Part shown: in pieces, positions 53,187-62,958 of the stretch
Numbering within the stretch: position 1 is the first letter of the stretch
Layout of the letters: the number at the start of each line of letters is the position of its first letter
Notes under the pieces: model-generated
Seen by the model: the letters and a program-made list of their open reading frames with translations, nothing else
What the model was told of the DNA's origin: nothing
The model's database searches: none
DNA from: an uncultured Chloroflexia bacterium
GTDB lineage: Bacteria; Chloroflexota; Limnocylindria; Limnocylindrales; CSP1-4
DNA length: 64,000 nucleotides
Direction of reading: 5' to 3'
NCBI GenBank assembly: GCA_963707215.1
Contig: CAVPPB010000001.1
Coordinates: forward strand, 384,001-448,000
Position numbers and translations under genes: made by a program

Positions 53187-53951
53187 TCAGCCGATGGCGA
53201 AGACGACCACGACCTGGACCATGACCTCGGTCGTGCCCGGCATGATCGGCACGGCGCCGTCGGCCGCCGCAAGCTCCCGGAAGATCGGCGCAGGCGGCGT
53301 GGCAGCCGTCTCGACGATCGAGATCGGTGCCCCGAGCCCGACGCCTGCGGCCGCGGCCAGGGCCTCGGCCCGGCGCTCGGCGTCGGCGACCGCGGCCTTG
53401 CGGGCCTCATCGGTCGCCTTCGTCGGATCGGCGACACTGAACGCCACGCCGCTCACGGTGGTCGCGCCGGCGGTGACAGCGGAATCGATGAGGACTCCGG
53501 TGTCGTCGATCTCGCGGACCGTGACGGTGAGCTGCTCGCTCGCCCCGTAGCCGACCAGCCGCGGAGCCTGGCCCTCGCGACTGTAGTCGTAGACCGGCGC
53601 CAGCGAGACGTTCGACGTCCGGAGGTCCCGCTCGGCGACGCCCTTGGAGCGCAGCGCGGCGATGACGGCCTCCATCTTCACGCCCGCATCGGCCAGGGCA
53701 GCCGTAGCCGAGTCGGCCTGGAGCTCGACCCCGACCGAGAACGACGCTTCGTCAGGGATGGCGATGACGTTCGCCGTGCCGGTGGCGGTGATCCCGCTGA
53801 CCGGATCGCCAGGTGCCCCCGGTGCCGGCGGCTGCGCCGGGACGGTGGAGATCGGCCGGGCCAGGACCGACGGCGCGATGAGCGCCATCGCTCCGACGGC
53901 GAGGGCGACGACGGCGATGAGGCGGGTGGATGGCTGGCGGTTCTCGGACAT
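53187..53951 (-). CDS. SIMPL (DUF541/YggE) family secreted protein
   Basis: Signal peptide, ITATGTA...PDEA, PVYDY, AVADAERRAEALA, PIMPG. Confidence 0.9.
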   Translation of the reverse strand: MSENRQPSTRLIAVVALAVGAMALIAPSVLARPISTVPAQPPAPGAPGDPVSGITATGTANVIAIPDEASFSVGVELQADSATAALADAGVKMEAVIAALRSKGVAERDLRTSNVSLAPVYDYSREGQAPRLVGYGASEQLTVTVREIDDTGVLIDSAVTAGATTVSGVAFSVADPTKATDEARKAAVADAERRAEALAAAAGVGLGAPISIVETAATPPAPIFRELAAADGAVPIMPGTTEVMVQVVVVFAIG

Positions 53952-54139
53952 GGCTCGGCTCCCATCGGCTCGGGCGCGCCGCTCGCAGCGCGTCGGACGG
54001 ACACGCCTCCCTGACGGACCCGCCGGTCCCCGGGTTCCCCTCCCGGGCGCCGGCGGCTCGGCCGGAGACCCACCGGCATCGGACCGACGACCCGCGGCCC
54101 ATCGCGCTGGGGCTCGATCGAATCGCTAGGCTGACCCCG

Positions 54140-54601
54140 ATGCGGATCCCCGAACCGCTCCCGGGACAGCCGGCCCTGCGTGTCGCCGCCTACGCCGTCT
54201 GCGCGGAGGGAGGACGGCTGCTCCTCTGTCGCATCGGGCCCGGCTACCCGGCCACGGGTCGATGGATGCTGCCCGGCGGCGGCCTGGAGTTCGGCGAGGC
54301 ACCCGAGGAAGCGGTGCTTCGCGAGCTCGTCGAGGAGACCGGGCTCGACGGTGTCGTCGAGGGACTCCTCGACGTCCGGTCCTGGCTGCTCTCCGCCGGC
54401 GTCGCCCCGCACGGGGGCCCGCTCCAGACGCTGGCCGTCCTGTACCGGGTCCGGATCGTCGGCGGGACGCTGCGGGATGAGCCCGCGGGATCGACCGACC
54501 GGGCCGCCTGGCTGGATGCCGACGCCATCTCGGCGGTCCGGCTGGCGCGGCCGGCCGCCCACGCGCTGGGCCTGATCGCCGCCGAGCTCGGGAGAGCCTA
54601 G
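54140..54601 (+). CDS. NUDIX hydrolase
   Basis: Nudix box WMLPGGGLEFGEAPEEAVLRELVEETG. Confidence 0.92.
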   Translation: MRIPEPLPGQPALRVAAYAVCAEGGRLLLCRIGPGYPATGRWMLPGGGLEFGEAPEEAVLRELVEETGLDGVVEGLLDVRSWLLSAGVAPHGGPLQTLAVLYRVRIVGGTLRDEPAGSTDRAAWLDADAISAVRLARPAAHALGLIAAELGRA

Positions 54602-56010
54602 CCGGCGTCGGCGGTATCGACCGCCCGGGCGTCCCCGGGGGCGGCGGAGCCCATTCGATGCGGACCGACAGCCGGGTCGCCGGCCGGCTCCGCTGTCGCC
54701 TGGACGGCCGGGACCGTGGGGGCGTCGACCGGACGCGGACCGACGGCGGCCGCGACATCGCGCTGGGCGACCCGACCCCGCTCCGACCGGATCAGCCAGA
54801 TCGCGGCGATGGAAGCCACCGCCACGGTCACCCCGCCGCCGACGATGAAGCCCGCCCCCACCCCGGCGGCCGAGGCCAGCGCACCGATGATGAGGTTCCC
54901 GATCGGTGACGAACCGATGAAGACCGTCCCATACACGCTCATGACCCGGCCCCGGAGCTGGTCGGGCACGACCACCTGGATCGTCGAATTGCCCGACGTC
55001 AGCATCGTGATGGCCCCGAAGCCGGCTGCCGTCATGAGGACCAGGGCAAGGAAGAACATCCCGGACAGGCCGAGGAGGATCTGGGCGACCCCCAGGAGGA
55101 TCGCCCCGGCCGCCATCCTGGCCGGCCGCGGGGTCCCGACGAACGCCAGCCACAGGGCCGCGGTGAGCGAGCCGATGCCGGATGCCGCCATCAGGAAGCC
55201 GTAGCCCTCCGCGCCCAGATCCAGGACGTCCCGAGCGTAAACGGGGGCGAGGATGATGAAGTTCAGGCCGAAGGTCGAGGCCGATCCGACCACGACGAGG
55301 GCGAGCAGGACGATGGGCGTCCGGCGCACGTAGCCCAGCCCCTCGCCGAGCGCCCCGACGACCTCCCCGACCGAGCGCGGTCGGGCGACGGCGGGCGGGG
55401 GCAGCAGCTCGCTCGTCCGCATGAGCAACAGGGCGACGATCACGGCGCTGAAGCTGAGGGCGTTGATCAGGAACGCTGCCGCGACCCCGGTGGCCGCGAT
55501 GACGAGGCCGGCCAGGGCCGGACCCACGATCCGGGCGCCATTGAAGATCGCCGCGTTGAGGGCCACGGCCGCGGCGACGTCCTGGCGGCCGACCATCTCG
55601 ATCGAGAAGGCCTGGCGGACTGGCATGTCCACGGAGTTGCAGAGGCCCAGCAGCAGCGCCATCGCGACGACCATCCAGACCTCGACGAGCCCTGAGACCG
55701 TCAGCCCGAAGAGGACGAAGGCCAGCACCATCATCGCGAGCTGGGTCGCCACGAGCGTCGGCCGCTTGGGCAGCGCGTCGGCGACGAGTCCGCCGAACAG
55801 GCCGAGCACAAGGACCGGCAGGAACTGGGCCGCGAAGACGACCCCGATGAGGAAGGGATCCCCGGTCAGCTCGAGGACGAGCCAGGACTGGGCGACCGAC
55901 TGCATCCAGGTCCCGATGAGCGAGACCGTCTGGCCGCCGTACCAGAGTCGGAAGTTGCGGTGGCCGAAGACCCGGATGACCCCGGAGGACCCGAGGGGTC
56001 GAGCCCTCAC
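54598..56010 (-). CDS. MFS transporter (EntS/DHA3-like)
   Basis: HRNFRL, SLIGTWMQ, GGLVAD, DMPVRQ, ARIVGPALAG, LRGRVMS; GTGA overlap with merR. Confidence 0.9.
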   Translation of the reverse strand: MRARPLGSSGVIRVFGHRNFRLWYGGQTVSLIGTWMQSVAQSWLVLELTGDPFLIGVVFAAQFLPVLVLGLFGGLVADALPKRPTLVATQLAMMVLAFVLFGLTVSGLVEVWMVVAMALLLGLCNSVDMPVRQAFSIEMVGRQDVAAAVALNAAIFNGARIVGPALAGLVIAATGVAAAFLINALSFSAVIVALLLMRTSELLPPPAVARPRSVGEVVGALGEGLGYVRRTPIVLLALVVVGSASTFGLNFIILAPVYARDVLDLGAEGYGFLMAASGIGSLTAALWLAFVGTPRPARMAAGAILLGVAQILLGLSGMFFLALVLMTAAGFGAITMLTSGNSTIQVVVPDQLRGRVMSVYGTVFIGSSPIGNLIIGALASAAGVGAGFIVGGGVTVAVASIAAIWLIRSERGRVAQRDVAAAVGPRPVDAPTVPAVQATAEPAGDPAVGPHRMGSAAPGDARAVDTADAG

Positions 56011-56522
56011 GACGTCGCCTCTGCGGCCCCGGTCGCCGAGACCGGCGCTGCGGATCCCTCGACGAGGTCGCCGAGATGGCCCCGGAGATGGCGCCGGCGC
56101 TCCTCGGCCGCCTCGATCATGGCGGCGATCCGGTCGGCCTTGGTTCGCAGCATGGCCAGCTGGCGGTCGACCCGGGCCAGCGCGTCCTCGGCGATGGCCC
56201 GGCGCTCGAGCGGGTCCTCGGTCGCCCGGAAGCGCTCCCGGGCGTCGCGCCGAAGCGTCTCGTCCTCGAGCAGAAGGGCGATCTCGGCCAGCGAGAAGCC
56301 GGCGTCATCGCGGAGTCCCCTGATGAAGCGGAGGCGGTCCAGGTCGGAGGCGTCGTAGAGGCGATAGGCCCCGTCCGAGCGAGCCGCCGGACTCAGCAGC
56401 CCCAGCTCCTCGTAGTAGCGGATCGCCCTGGCCGTCAGGCCGGTCTCGGCAGCGACCTCGCGGATGCGCAGTAGGCGATCCTCGGGGCCCTGAGGGGGCT
56501 CGACGCCGTCGGGGGTGGACAC
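56007..56522 (-). CDS. MerR family transcriptional regulator
   Basis: IREVA..TGLTARAIRYYEELGLL.P.RS..YRLY, GFSLAEI. Confidence 0.92.
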   Translation of the reverse strand: MSTPDGVEPPQGPEDRLLRIREVAAETGLTARAIRYYEELGLLSPAARSDGAYRLYDASDLDRLRFIRGLRDDAGFSLAEIALLLEDETLRRDARERFRATEDPLERRAIAEDALARVDRQLAMLRTKADRIAAMIEAAEERRRHLRGHLGDLVEGSAAPVSATGAAEATS

Positions 56523-56528
56523 ACCGCG

Positions 56529-56561
56529 AGTCTACTCGAACCTTGACGTTCGCGTAAAGGT
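56529..56561 (-). promoter_or_regulatory. merR-MFS promoter with MerR-type dyad
   Basis: ACCTTGACG-TTCG-CGTAAAGGT imperfect palindrome; -10 TAGACT 6 nt before GTG. Confidence 0.6.
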
Positions 56562-56694
56562 AAAGGTCGTCGGGCGATGCGACGGGATCCCGGGAGAGGC
56601 CGCGGAGCCCAGCCGGTGCGCCTCCGGGGATGTCTTCGTCTTGGAGCGCGCTCATCGGCGCCAAGGTGCCGACCCAGGCTGCTACGCTCGCCGG

Positions 56695-58548
56695 ATGAGC
56701 ACGACCCGCCCCGCCCCGGCCTGGGAGCGCCGCTTCCGGACCCCCCTTCTCGGCTTTCCCGCGTGGACGTCCGCGGCCCCAGACCGGCTGGTCGCCTGGT
56801 CCACCGAGAGCGGCACCTACCAGGTCCATGCCTGGGACGCGGCCAGCGGCGAGCGGCGACGGCTCAGCGACGAGGCGGTCGGGGTGACCGAGGCGATCGT
56901 GACCCCCGACGGCCAGGGTGTCGTCTGGTTCGCCGACGAATCGGGCGACGAGGCCGGTCGCTTCGTCGTCGTGCCCTGGACGGGCGGGCCGCCGCGGCCG
57001 TACGTCGAGGGCGTGCCGCACGGCTGGAACGAGGGGATCTCCGCCCACGCGGACCGGGTGGCCGTGGCGGTCTCGAACGCCGATGGCTTCGGCGTCTACA
57101 TCGCCGAGACCGGACAGGCCGCCCGCCTCCTCCACCGTCACCCCGAGTCCGTCCGGATCGGCGGCGGGCTCATCTACGGCGGCTTCGCGACCGACCGGGC
57201 CGGGCTGTCGGCGGACGGGACGCTCCTCGCCCTCGAGCACAGCGAGCACGGCGACCTCATCCACCAGGCCCTCCGGGTGATCGACGCGCGGACCGGAGCG
57301 ACCGTCGGCGAGCTGGCCGACGAGGGCCGGGAGCTGGCCGCGGCCGCCTGGTCGCCGATCCCCGGGGACCGCCGGCTGGCCATCGCCCACGAGCGGGACG
57401 GCGAACGAGCCCCGGCCATCTGGGATCTCGCGACGGGCGAGATGGCGCCGCTCCGGACGGGGCTGACCGGCTTCGTCGAGCCGGTCGACTGGTGGCCCGA
57501 CGGGAGCGCGCTCCTCCTCATCGAGCTGATCGAAGGTCGCGACCGCGTGCACCGCCTCGACCTCGCGACGATGGGCCTGGAGACCCTGGCCACGCTGCCG
57601 GGGACGATCATCGGGGCCAGGGTCCGACCCGACGGGTCGGTCTGGTACCGCCACGAGTCGGGCGAGCATCCGCCGCGGATCCTGGCCGTCGGCCGGGCCG
57701 AGCCGATCCTGGAGGCCGAGGTCGGGGCGCCCGGCCGCCCGTACCGCGACTGGGCCTTCCGCAACCCGCATGGCCAGGAGGTCCACGGGTTCATCGTCGA
57801 GCCCGAGGGCCCGGGCCCGCACCCGACGATGATGTACGTCCATGGCGGGCCGACCTGGCTCGACCTCGACGAGTGGGATCCCTGGGTCCAGGCCTTCGTC
57901 GACGCCGGCTTCCTCGTCGGCCTGGTGAACTACCGCGGATCCGTCGGCTTCGGGCGGGAGTGGCGGGACGCCCTCATCGGCGACATCGGTCGGCCGGAGA
58001 CCGAGGACATCCTCGCCGGGCACGACGACCTCGTCGCCCGCGGGCTTGCGGACCCGGCCCGGACCGCCATCGGAGGCTGGTCCTGGGGCGGCTATCTGAC
58101 CCTCTTCGTGGCCGGCACCCACCCTGAGCGCTTCGCGGCTGGTGTCGCCGGCGTGCCCGTCGGCGACTACGCCGCCGGCTACGAGGACCTCTCGCCGCTC
58201 CTCCAGGCCTACGACCGCGCCCTTCTCGGTGGCTCGCCCGAGGACGTCCCAGACCTCGTGGCCGATCGCTCGCCGATCACCTACGTCGACGACGTCCGGA
58301 TGCCGCTCCTCATCCTCGCCGGCGAGAACGACAGCCGCTGCCCCATCCGCCAGGTCATGAACTACGTCGAGCGTCTGCGGGCGCGCGGCGCGGACCACGA
58401 GCTGTACCGCTTCGGGACCGGGCACGGCTCGATGGTCATCGACGAGAAGGTCCGCCAGGCCGGGTTGATCCTCGACTTCCTGGCCCGTCGGGTCCCTGGC
58501 GCCGACCGGCTGCCGCCGCCCACCGTCGACCTGCCCGGGACGACCTGA
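56695..58548 (+). CDS. S9 family (prolyl oligopeptidase/acylaminoacyl) peptidase
   Basis: VHGGP, NYRGSVGFG, GWSWGG, NDSRC, GHG. Confidence 0.92.
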   Translation: MSTTRPAPAWERRFRTPLLGFPAWTSAAPDRLVAWSTESGTYQVHAWDAASGERRRLSDEAVGVTEAIVTPDGQGVVWFADESGDEAGRFVVVPWTGGPPRPYVEGVPHGWNEGISAHADRVAVAVSNADGFGVYIAETGQAARLLHRHPESVRIGGGLIYGGFATDRAGLSADGTLLALEHSEHGDLIHQALRVIDARTGATVGELADEGRELAAAAWSPIPGDRRLAIAHERDGERAPAIWDLATGEMAPLRTGLTGFVEPVDWWPDGSALLLIELIEGRDRVHRLDLATMGLETLATLPGTIIGARVRPDGSVWYRHESGEHPPRILAVGRAEPILEAEVGAPGRPYRDWAFRNPHGQEVHGFIVEPEGPGPHPTMMYVHGGPTWLDLDEWDPWVQAFVDAGFLVGLVNYRGSVGFGREWRDALIGDIGRPETEDILAGHDDLVARGLADPARTAIGGWSWGGYLTLFVAGTHPERFAAGVAGVPVGDYAAGYEDLSPLLQAYDRALLGGSPEDVPDLVADRSPITYVDDVRMPLLILAGENDSRCPIRQVMNYVERLRARGADHELYRFGTGHGSMVIDEKVRQAGLILDFLARRVPGADRLPPPTVDLPGTT

Positions 58549-58560
58549 CCCGGTGCCGGG

Positions 58561-59652
58561 TCACCCGGCCGCTCGACCAAAGGCGTAATGCTGCTCGCCC
58601 GGGCGACAGGGATTGCCGCGACCGAACCGGACCTCGCCCGTGGTGACGTCGGCGACGCACCAGAAGACGGTCTTTGAACCAATCCCGCTCGCGTGGTGTC
58701 GGCAGATCGCCGGCTCAGTGGCGTGGTCCGACAGGAACCCGCGCATCGTCGCGGGGTCGACGCTGCCGGGTGCTGCGGCCGCAAGGAGCTCGGTCGCACG
58801 GGCGTGGCGGACGGCCGACCGGCGGGCGTAGGCCCGGTCGCCCTCGAAGCGGGTCATCCGGGCACAGGCGTAATGGTTGGCGTGAGCCAGCCAGCCGCCG
58901 GGCCCGAGCCCGCTCACCTCGGCGTCGGTCGCCGAGCCCTCGACGTTCGCGACGCCCCCGTCGGCGGTCGCCAAGACGGTGTTGTACGAGGAGGCCCGGT
59001 CGGCGCGGAGGGCCATGCCGATCGCCTCGCCCATCGTCCGGGCGGTGAGCTGCTCGCGGACCATCAGCAGCCGCGGCACGCCGACGCGCTCGTCGTTGGG
59101 CGACAGCTCGTTGCCGGTCAGCGAGAGGCCGGCGTCGTTCCAGCCGACGCTGATCCACGGCCCGATGCCCAGGCTCAAGACGACTGGCTCGCCGGGCACC
59201 CGCCACTCGATGGCGACGACCTCGTCCTCGGCGCGCGGCGCGAGGTCGTTGTCGTGGCCGACGATGACGTGGCCGTCGACGGTCAGCGGCGGGCCGGCGA
59301 CGAGATCGGTGCAGCGGCCCGTGACCGGTGCCGTGGCCTGCGACGGGCGGACGGTCCAGATCTCCTCGATCGAGGCGGCGAAGAGGGCCAGCGGGTCGAC
59401 GCCGGCCCCCTCGGCGGCGCCGTCGAGCTCCTCGACGAGCCAGGGGCTGGCGGCGCGGGTCGCGGCGCGGTAGTGCGACGCCAGCTCGAGCTGCTCGGCC
59501 AGAGTCCTGCCGTCGGGGATCGGCCCCTCGAAGGCGACCGCCCGGTGGAGCACCTCGGCCGTCGCCTCGCCCACCTGGCGGCCGACCTCGCGGTGGCTGC
59601 CGGTGACGGTCAGCAGCGGGATCGGATCGGCCGGCGTCGATGGTTCGACCAC
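58561..59652 (-). CDS. C45 family autoproteolytic acyltransferase/hydrolase (Ntn)
   Basis: GSHREVGRQVG, GRCTD nucleophile Cys, GHDND, HANHY. Confidence 0.85.
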   Translation of the reverse strand: MVEPSTPADPIPLLTVTGSHREVGRQVGEATAEVLHRAVAFEGPIPDGRTLAEQLELASHYRAATRAASPWLVEELDGAAEGAGVDPLALFAASIEEIWTVRPSQATAPVTGRCTDLVAGPPLTVDGHVIVGHDNDLAPRAEDEVVAIEWRVPGEPVVLSLGIGPWISVGWNDAGLSLTGNELSPNDERVGVPRLLMVREQLTARTMGEAIGMALRADRASSYNTVLATADGGVANVEGSATDAEVSGLGPGGWLAHANHYACARMTRFEGDRAYARRSAVRHARATELLAAAAPGSVDPATMRGFLSDHATEPAICRHHASGIGSKTVFWCVADVTTGEVRFGRGNPCRPGEQHYAFGRAAG

Positions 59653-59662
59653 GGCGGGACCG

Positions 59663-60646
59663 TCAGTCGAGGGTGAAGTCGTCCGGGTCGGCGTAGGCCC
59701 CGGTCCGTTCCTTCTCGAGCTGCATCAGGACGTCGTTGAGCAGGCTCGAGGCTCCGAAGCGGAAGCGCTCCGGGGTCATCCACCGCGGGCCGAGCGTCTC
59801 GTAGAGGACGACGAGGTACTGGATCGCTTCCTTGGCCGTCCGGATCCCGCCGGCCGGCTTCATCCCGACGGCCCGGCCGGTGGCGGCCTCGAAGTCGCGG
59901 ATCGCCTCGAGCATCACCAGCGTGACGGGCAGCGTGGCCGCGGGGCTGACCTTGCCCGTCGAGGTCTTGATGAAGTCGGCCCCGGCCGCCATCGCCAGGA
60001 CCGAGGCCCGCCGGACGGCATCGTATGTACCCAGCTCGCCGGTCTCGAGGATGACCTTCAGATGGGCCTCGCCGGCGGCATCCTTGATCGCCACGATCTC
60101 GTCGAAGACCGTCCGGTAATCACCGGAAAGGAATGCACCGCGGTCGATCACCATGTCGACCTCGTCGGCCCCGGCGTCCACGGCGGCCCGGGTCTCGGCG
60201 AGCTTGATGTCGAGGAACGTCTGGCCCGACGGGAAGCCGGTCGCCACGGAAGCGACCCGGACCTGGGAGCCTCGCAGCGCCTCCTTCGCCTCGGCGACGA
60301 GCGCCGGGTAGACGCAGACGGCCGCCACCGACGGGATGGACGGGTCGCCGGGCATCGGCCGGACGGCCTTGGCGCAGAGGGCCCGCACCTTGCCCGACGT
60401 GTCCTTGCCCTCGAGGGTCGTCAGGTCGATCATCCGGACCGCAAGATCGAGTGCCCAGACCTTCGAGGCCCGCTTGATCGATCGCTTCTTGAGGGCGTCC
60501 ACGCGCTGCTCAGCGGCGACCTGGTCGACCGGGCTCACCCGGCCGAGCATCCCGGCCAGCGAGCCGGGACGGGCATCCCAGGCCAGGACAAGCTCGTTGG
60601 CCCGGGTCCGGGCCGCGGAATCGCGAGGCGTGGTCGCGGTCGTCAT
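59663..60646 (-). CDS. deoC: Deoxyribose-phosphate aldolase
   Basis: IDLTTLEG, ATGFPSG, GADEVDMVI, LKVILETGEL, FIKTSTGK, KPAGG, RFGASSLL. Confidence 0.96.
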   Translation of the reverse strand: MTTATTPRDSAARTRANELVLAWDARPGSLAGMLGRVSPVDQVAAEQRVDALKKRSIKRASKVWALDLAVRMIDLTTLEGKDTSGKVRALCAKAVRPMPGDPSIPSVAAVCVYPALVAEAKEALRGSQVRVASVATGFPSGQTFLDIKLAETRAAVDAGADEVDMVIDRGAFLSGDYRTVFDEIVAIKDAAGEAHLKVILETGELGTYDAVRRASVLAMAAGADFIKTSTGKVSPAATLPVTLVMLEAIRDFEAATGRAVGMKPAGGIRTAKEAIQYLVVLYETLGPRWMTPERFRFGASSLLNDVLMQLEKERTGAYADPDDFTLD

Positions 60647-60706
60647 GGGACGGGAAGGATACACCCGCCCGTCATGGCCGCCGAGAGCCCTCGCGACCCG
60701 TGGCGA

Positions 60707-62857
60707 TCAGGCGCCGGCCCGCTGCCGGGGCTTCGGCGGGAGTCGTCGCCCGTCGTCGACGAGATACCAGCGGAACCAATCACGGACCTGCTCGAGATGG
60801 GCGACCCGGCGGTACGGTGTCCCTGAGCGGGTGAGCTCGTGCGTCTCCCCGGGCACCCGCATGAGGCGTACCGGCCGGCCCAGCGAGCGCAGGACCGTGA
60901 AGAGCGACTCCGCCTGGGCCACCGTGGTCCGGATGTCGTCCTCCGCGTGCTGGATCAGCAGCGGGGTCCGGATGCCCGACGCGTAGGTCAGCGGCGAGAT
61001 CCGCGCGTAGAGCGCGAGATCCTCCCACGGCGCGACCCCGAACTCGAGACGGGCCCAGTCGCCGGAGGCGATGTCCCCGGTCAGCATGAGCGTCGTCATG
61101 TCGCTGACCCCACGACAGGTCATGGCGGCCCGGAAGCGGTCGTCGTGGGCGATGATCCAGGTCGTGAGGTAGCCCCCATACGAGCCCCCCGTGACACCGA
61201 GCCGATCCGGATCGGCCCGCCCCTCGGCGACCAGGTCGTCTACCCCGGCCAGCACGTCGCGCATGGGCCCATCGCCCCAGTCGCCGGCGTTGGCGGCGTT
61301 GAAGGCCTGGCCGTAGCCCTCCGACCCGCGCGGATTGGCAGCGTAGACCCCGATCCCCTGCCCGGCCAGGACCTGCCACTCCCACATCGGCGCCCAGCCG
61401 TACAGCGTGTGCGGCCCACCATGGATCTCCAGGACGAGCGGCGCCTCGCGGGGTCCGGCGGTCGCGTCGCCGGGGATCGGCGGGTAGTACCAGCCCTGGA
61501 TCCGCCGTCCGTCCACCTCGGACCAACGCTCCTCGGGCTCGACGAGCGCGACGCCGTCGAGGAGGTCGCGGTGCAGGTCGGTCAGGCGGCGGGGCTTGAG
61601 CGAGCCGCGGACCCGGCCGGCCGGGACGTCGACCAGGTGGAGGTCGGCCGGTGAGGTCGCCGTCGCGATGAGCAGCGCGACCCGGGTCGAGCCCCGGGGC
61701 CCCGGGACCGCGTCGACCGACACGACATAGTGGCGTCCCTGCGTGAGGCGCTCGACAGAGCCGTCGGCGACGGCGATCCGCCAGAGCTCGTACGAACCAT
61801 CGACGGGGGCCGTGAAGAGGATCCAGCGCCCGTCGGCCGTCGGCAGCAATCGCTCGCCACGACCGGGCGAGAGGTCGCTGTTCATCGTGGACCCCGGCAT
61901 GAGGTCATGGGCGCCGCTGAGGTTCCGGCCGCCGGTCCGGAGATCATCCGAGCCGTCGGCAGCGAACAGCCAGACGTCCGCCCTGCTACCGGCGCCGACA
62001 GGGAAGCGGTGGCCCAGGAGGGCCAGGGTGCGCCCGTCCGGCAGCCAGGTCGGCTCGAAGAAGACCCCGCCACCGCCGGTGATCCGGGTGACCCGGCCGC
62101 TGGCGACCTCGACCACCCAGACGTCGCTCTGGAACGTCTTGTCCGCGCCGGGTCGTCGATCCGCGACGAAGGCGACCCGGCTGCCGTCGGGGGACCAGGC
62201 CGGCGACTCCTCACTGGTCCGGCCTCGGGTGAGCTGGCGGGCCTCGCCGGTCCCGGCGTCGACGATCCAGAGGTGCGATACACGGTCGTCGATGAAGCCT
62301 CGACCGTTGTAGAGGTACCCGAGCCGGTCGAGGTAGCGGATGTCGGAGCGGGGCGGACGTCCCGGCTCCGACTCGCCGAGCCGGCGCAGCCGGGCGTCGC
62401 GGCGGCGATCGGCGGCCAGCGAAGTCGTCGAGACCAGGAGATAGCGTCCATCCGGCGACCACGACAGGCCGTCGACCCCCCGAGGCAGATCGGTCAGGCG
62501 ACGGGCCTCGCCGCCATCTACCGGCAGGAGGTGGACCTGGCTGCCGTCCTCGCGCTTCGCCGGATCGCGGTCGACGCCGGGCGGTGGGTCCTCCACGAAC
62601 AGCCGGCGGTCCGACAGGAAGGCCAGGGTCCGGCCGTCCGGCGACGGTCGGGCATGGAGATCGCGCCGGGAGCCGAGGGTGACCTGCCGGGTCGCGCCGT
62701 CATCCAGGCCGACGCTCCAGATCGCCTGACGGTAGCCGTCGAAGCCGGGCGCCACCGTCGCGATCGTCATCGTCGCAGACCGCCCGTCGGGCGACAGCCG
62801 CGGGCCGGTGGGGACCCGCAGTCGGTACAGGTCGTCGGGCGAGGCTGGTCGGGGCAT
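60707..62857 (-). CDS. S9 family peptidase with beta-propeller
   Basis: Repeated (W)SPDG blades, IHGGPH, NPRGSEGYG, GGSYGG, EDDIR, ETHELTRSG. Confidence 0.93.
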   Translation of the reverse strand: MPRPASPDDLYRLRVPTGPRLSPDGRSATMTIATVAPGFDGYRQAIWSVGLDDGATRQVTLGSRRDLHARPSPDGRTLAFLSDRRLFVEDPPPGVDRDPAKREDGSQVHLLPVDGGEARRLTDLPRGVDGLSWSPDGRYLLVSTTSLAADRRRDARLRRLGESEPGRPPRSDIRYLDRLGYLYNGRGFIDDRVSHLWIVDAGTGEARQLTRGRTSEESPAWSPDGSRVAFVADRRPGADKTFQSDVWVVEVASGRVTRITGGGGVFFEPTWLPDGRTLALLGHRFPVGAGSRADVWLFAADGSDDLRTGGRNLSGAHDLMPGSTMNSDLSPGRGERLLPTADGRWILFTAPVDGSYELWRIAVADGSVERLTQGRHYVVSVDAVPGPRGSTRVALLIATATSPADLHLVDVPAGRVRGSLKPRRLTDLHRDLLDGVALVEPEERWSEVDGRRIQGWYYPPIPGDATAGPREAPLVLEIHGGPHTLYGWAPMWEWQVLAGQGIGVYAANPRGSEGYGQAFNAANAGDWGDGPMRDVLAGVDDLVAEGRADPDRLGVTGGSYGGYLTTWIIAHDDRFRAAMTCRGVSDMTTLMLTGDIASGDWARLEFGVAPWEDLALYARISPLTYASGIRTPLLIQHAEDDIRTTVAQAESLFTVLRSLGRPVRLMRVPGETHELTRSGTPYRRVAHLEQVRDWFRWYLVDDGRRLPPKPRQRAGA

Positions 62858-62958
62858 CCACTCCTCCCGGGTTCCTTCGGGCAATCGGGCCCGGGCCGGC
62901 CGCCAGTCTAGCGGCTACCATCGAGTGCGATGCGCCCTCTCGGGCCCCGGTGCGAGCC

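Noticed and set aside
50907-54014. 1035-aa plus-strand ORF
   Set aside because: Shadow of the ALDH, YhhN and SIMPL genes; no coherent domain
54020-54057. GC-rich hairpin between SIMPL and NUDIX
   Set aside because: Lies between divergent genes with no U-tract; cannot be supported as a terminator or ncRNA
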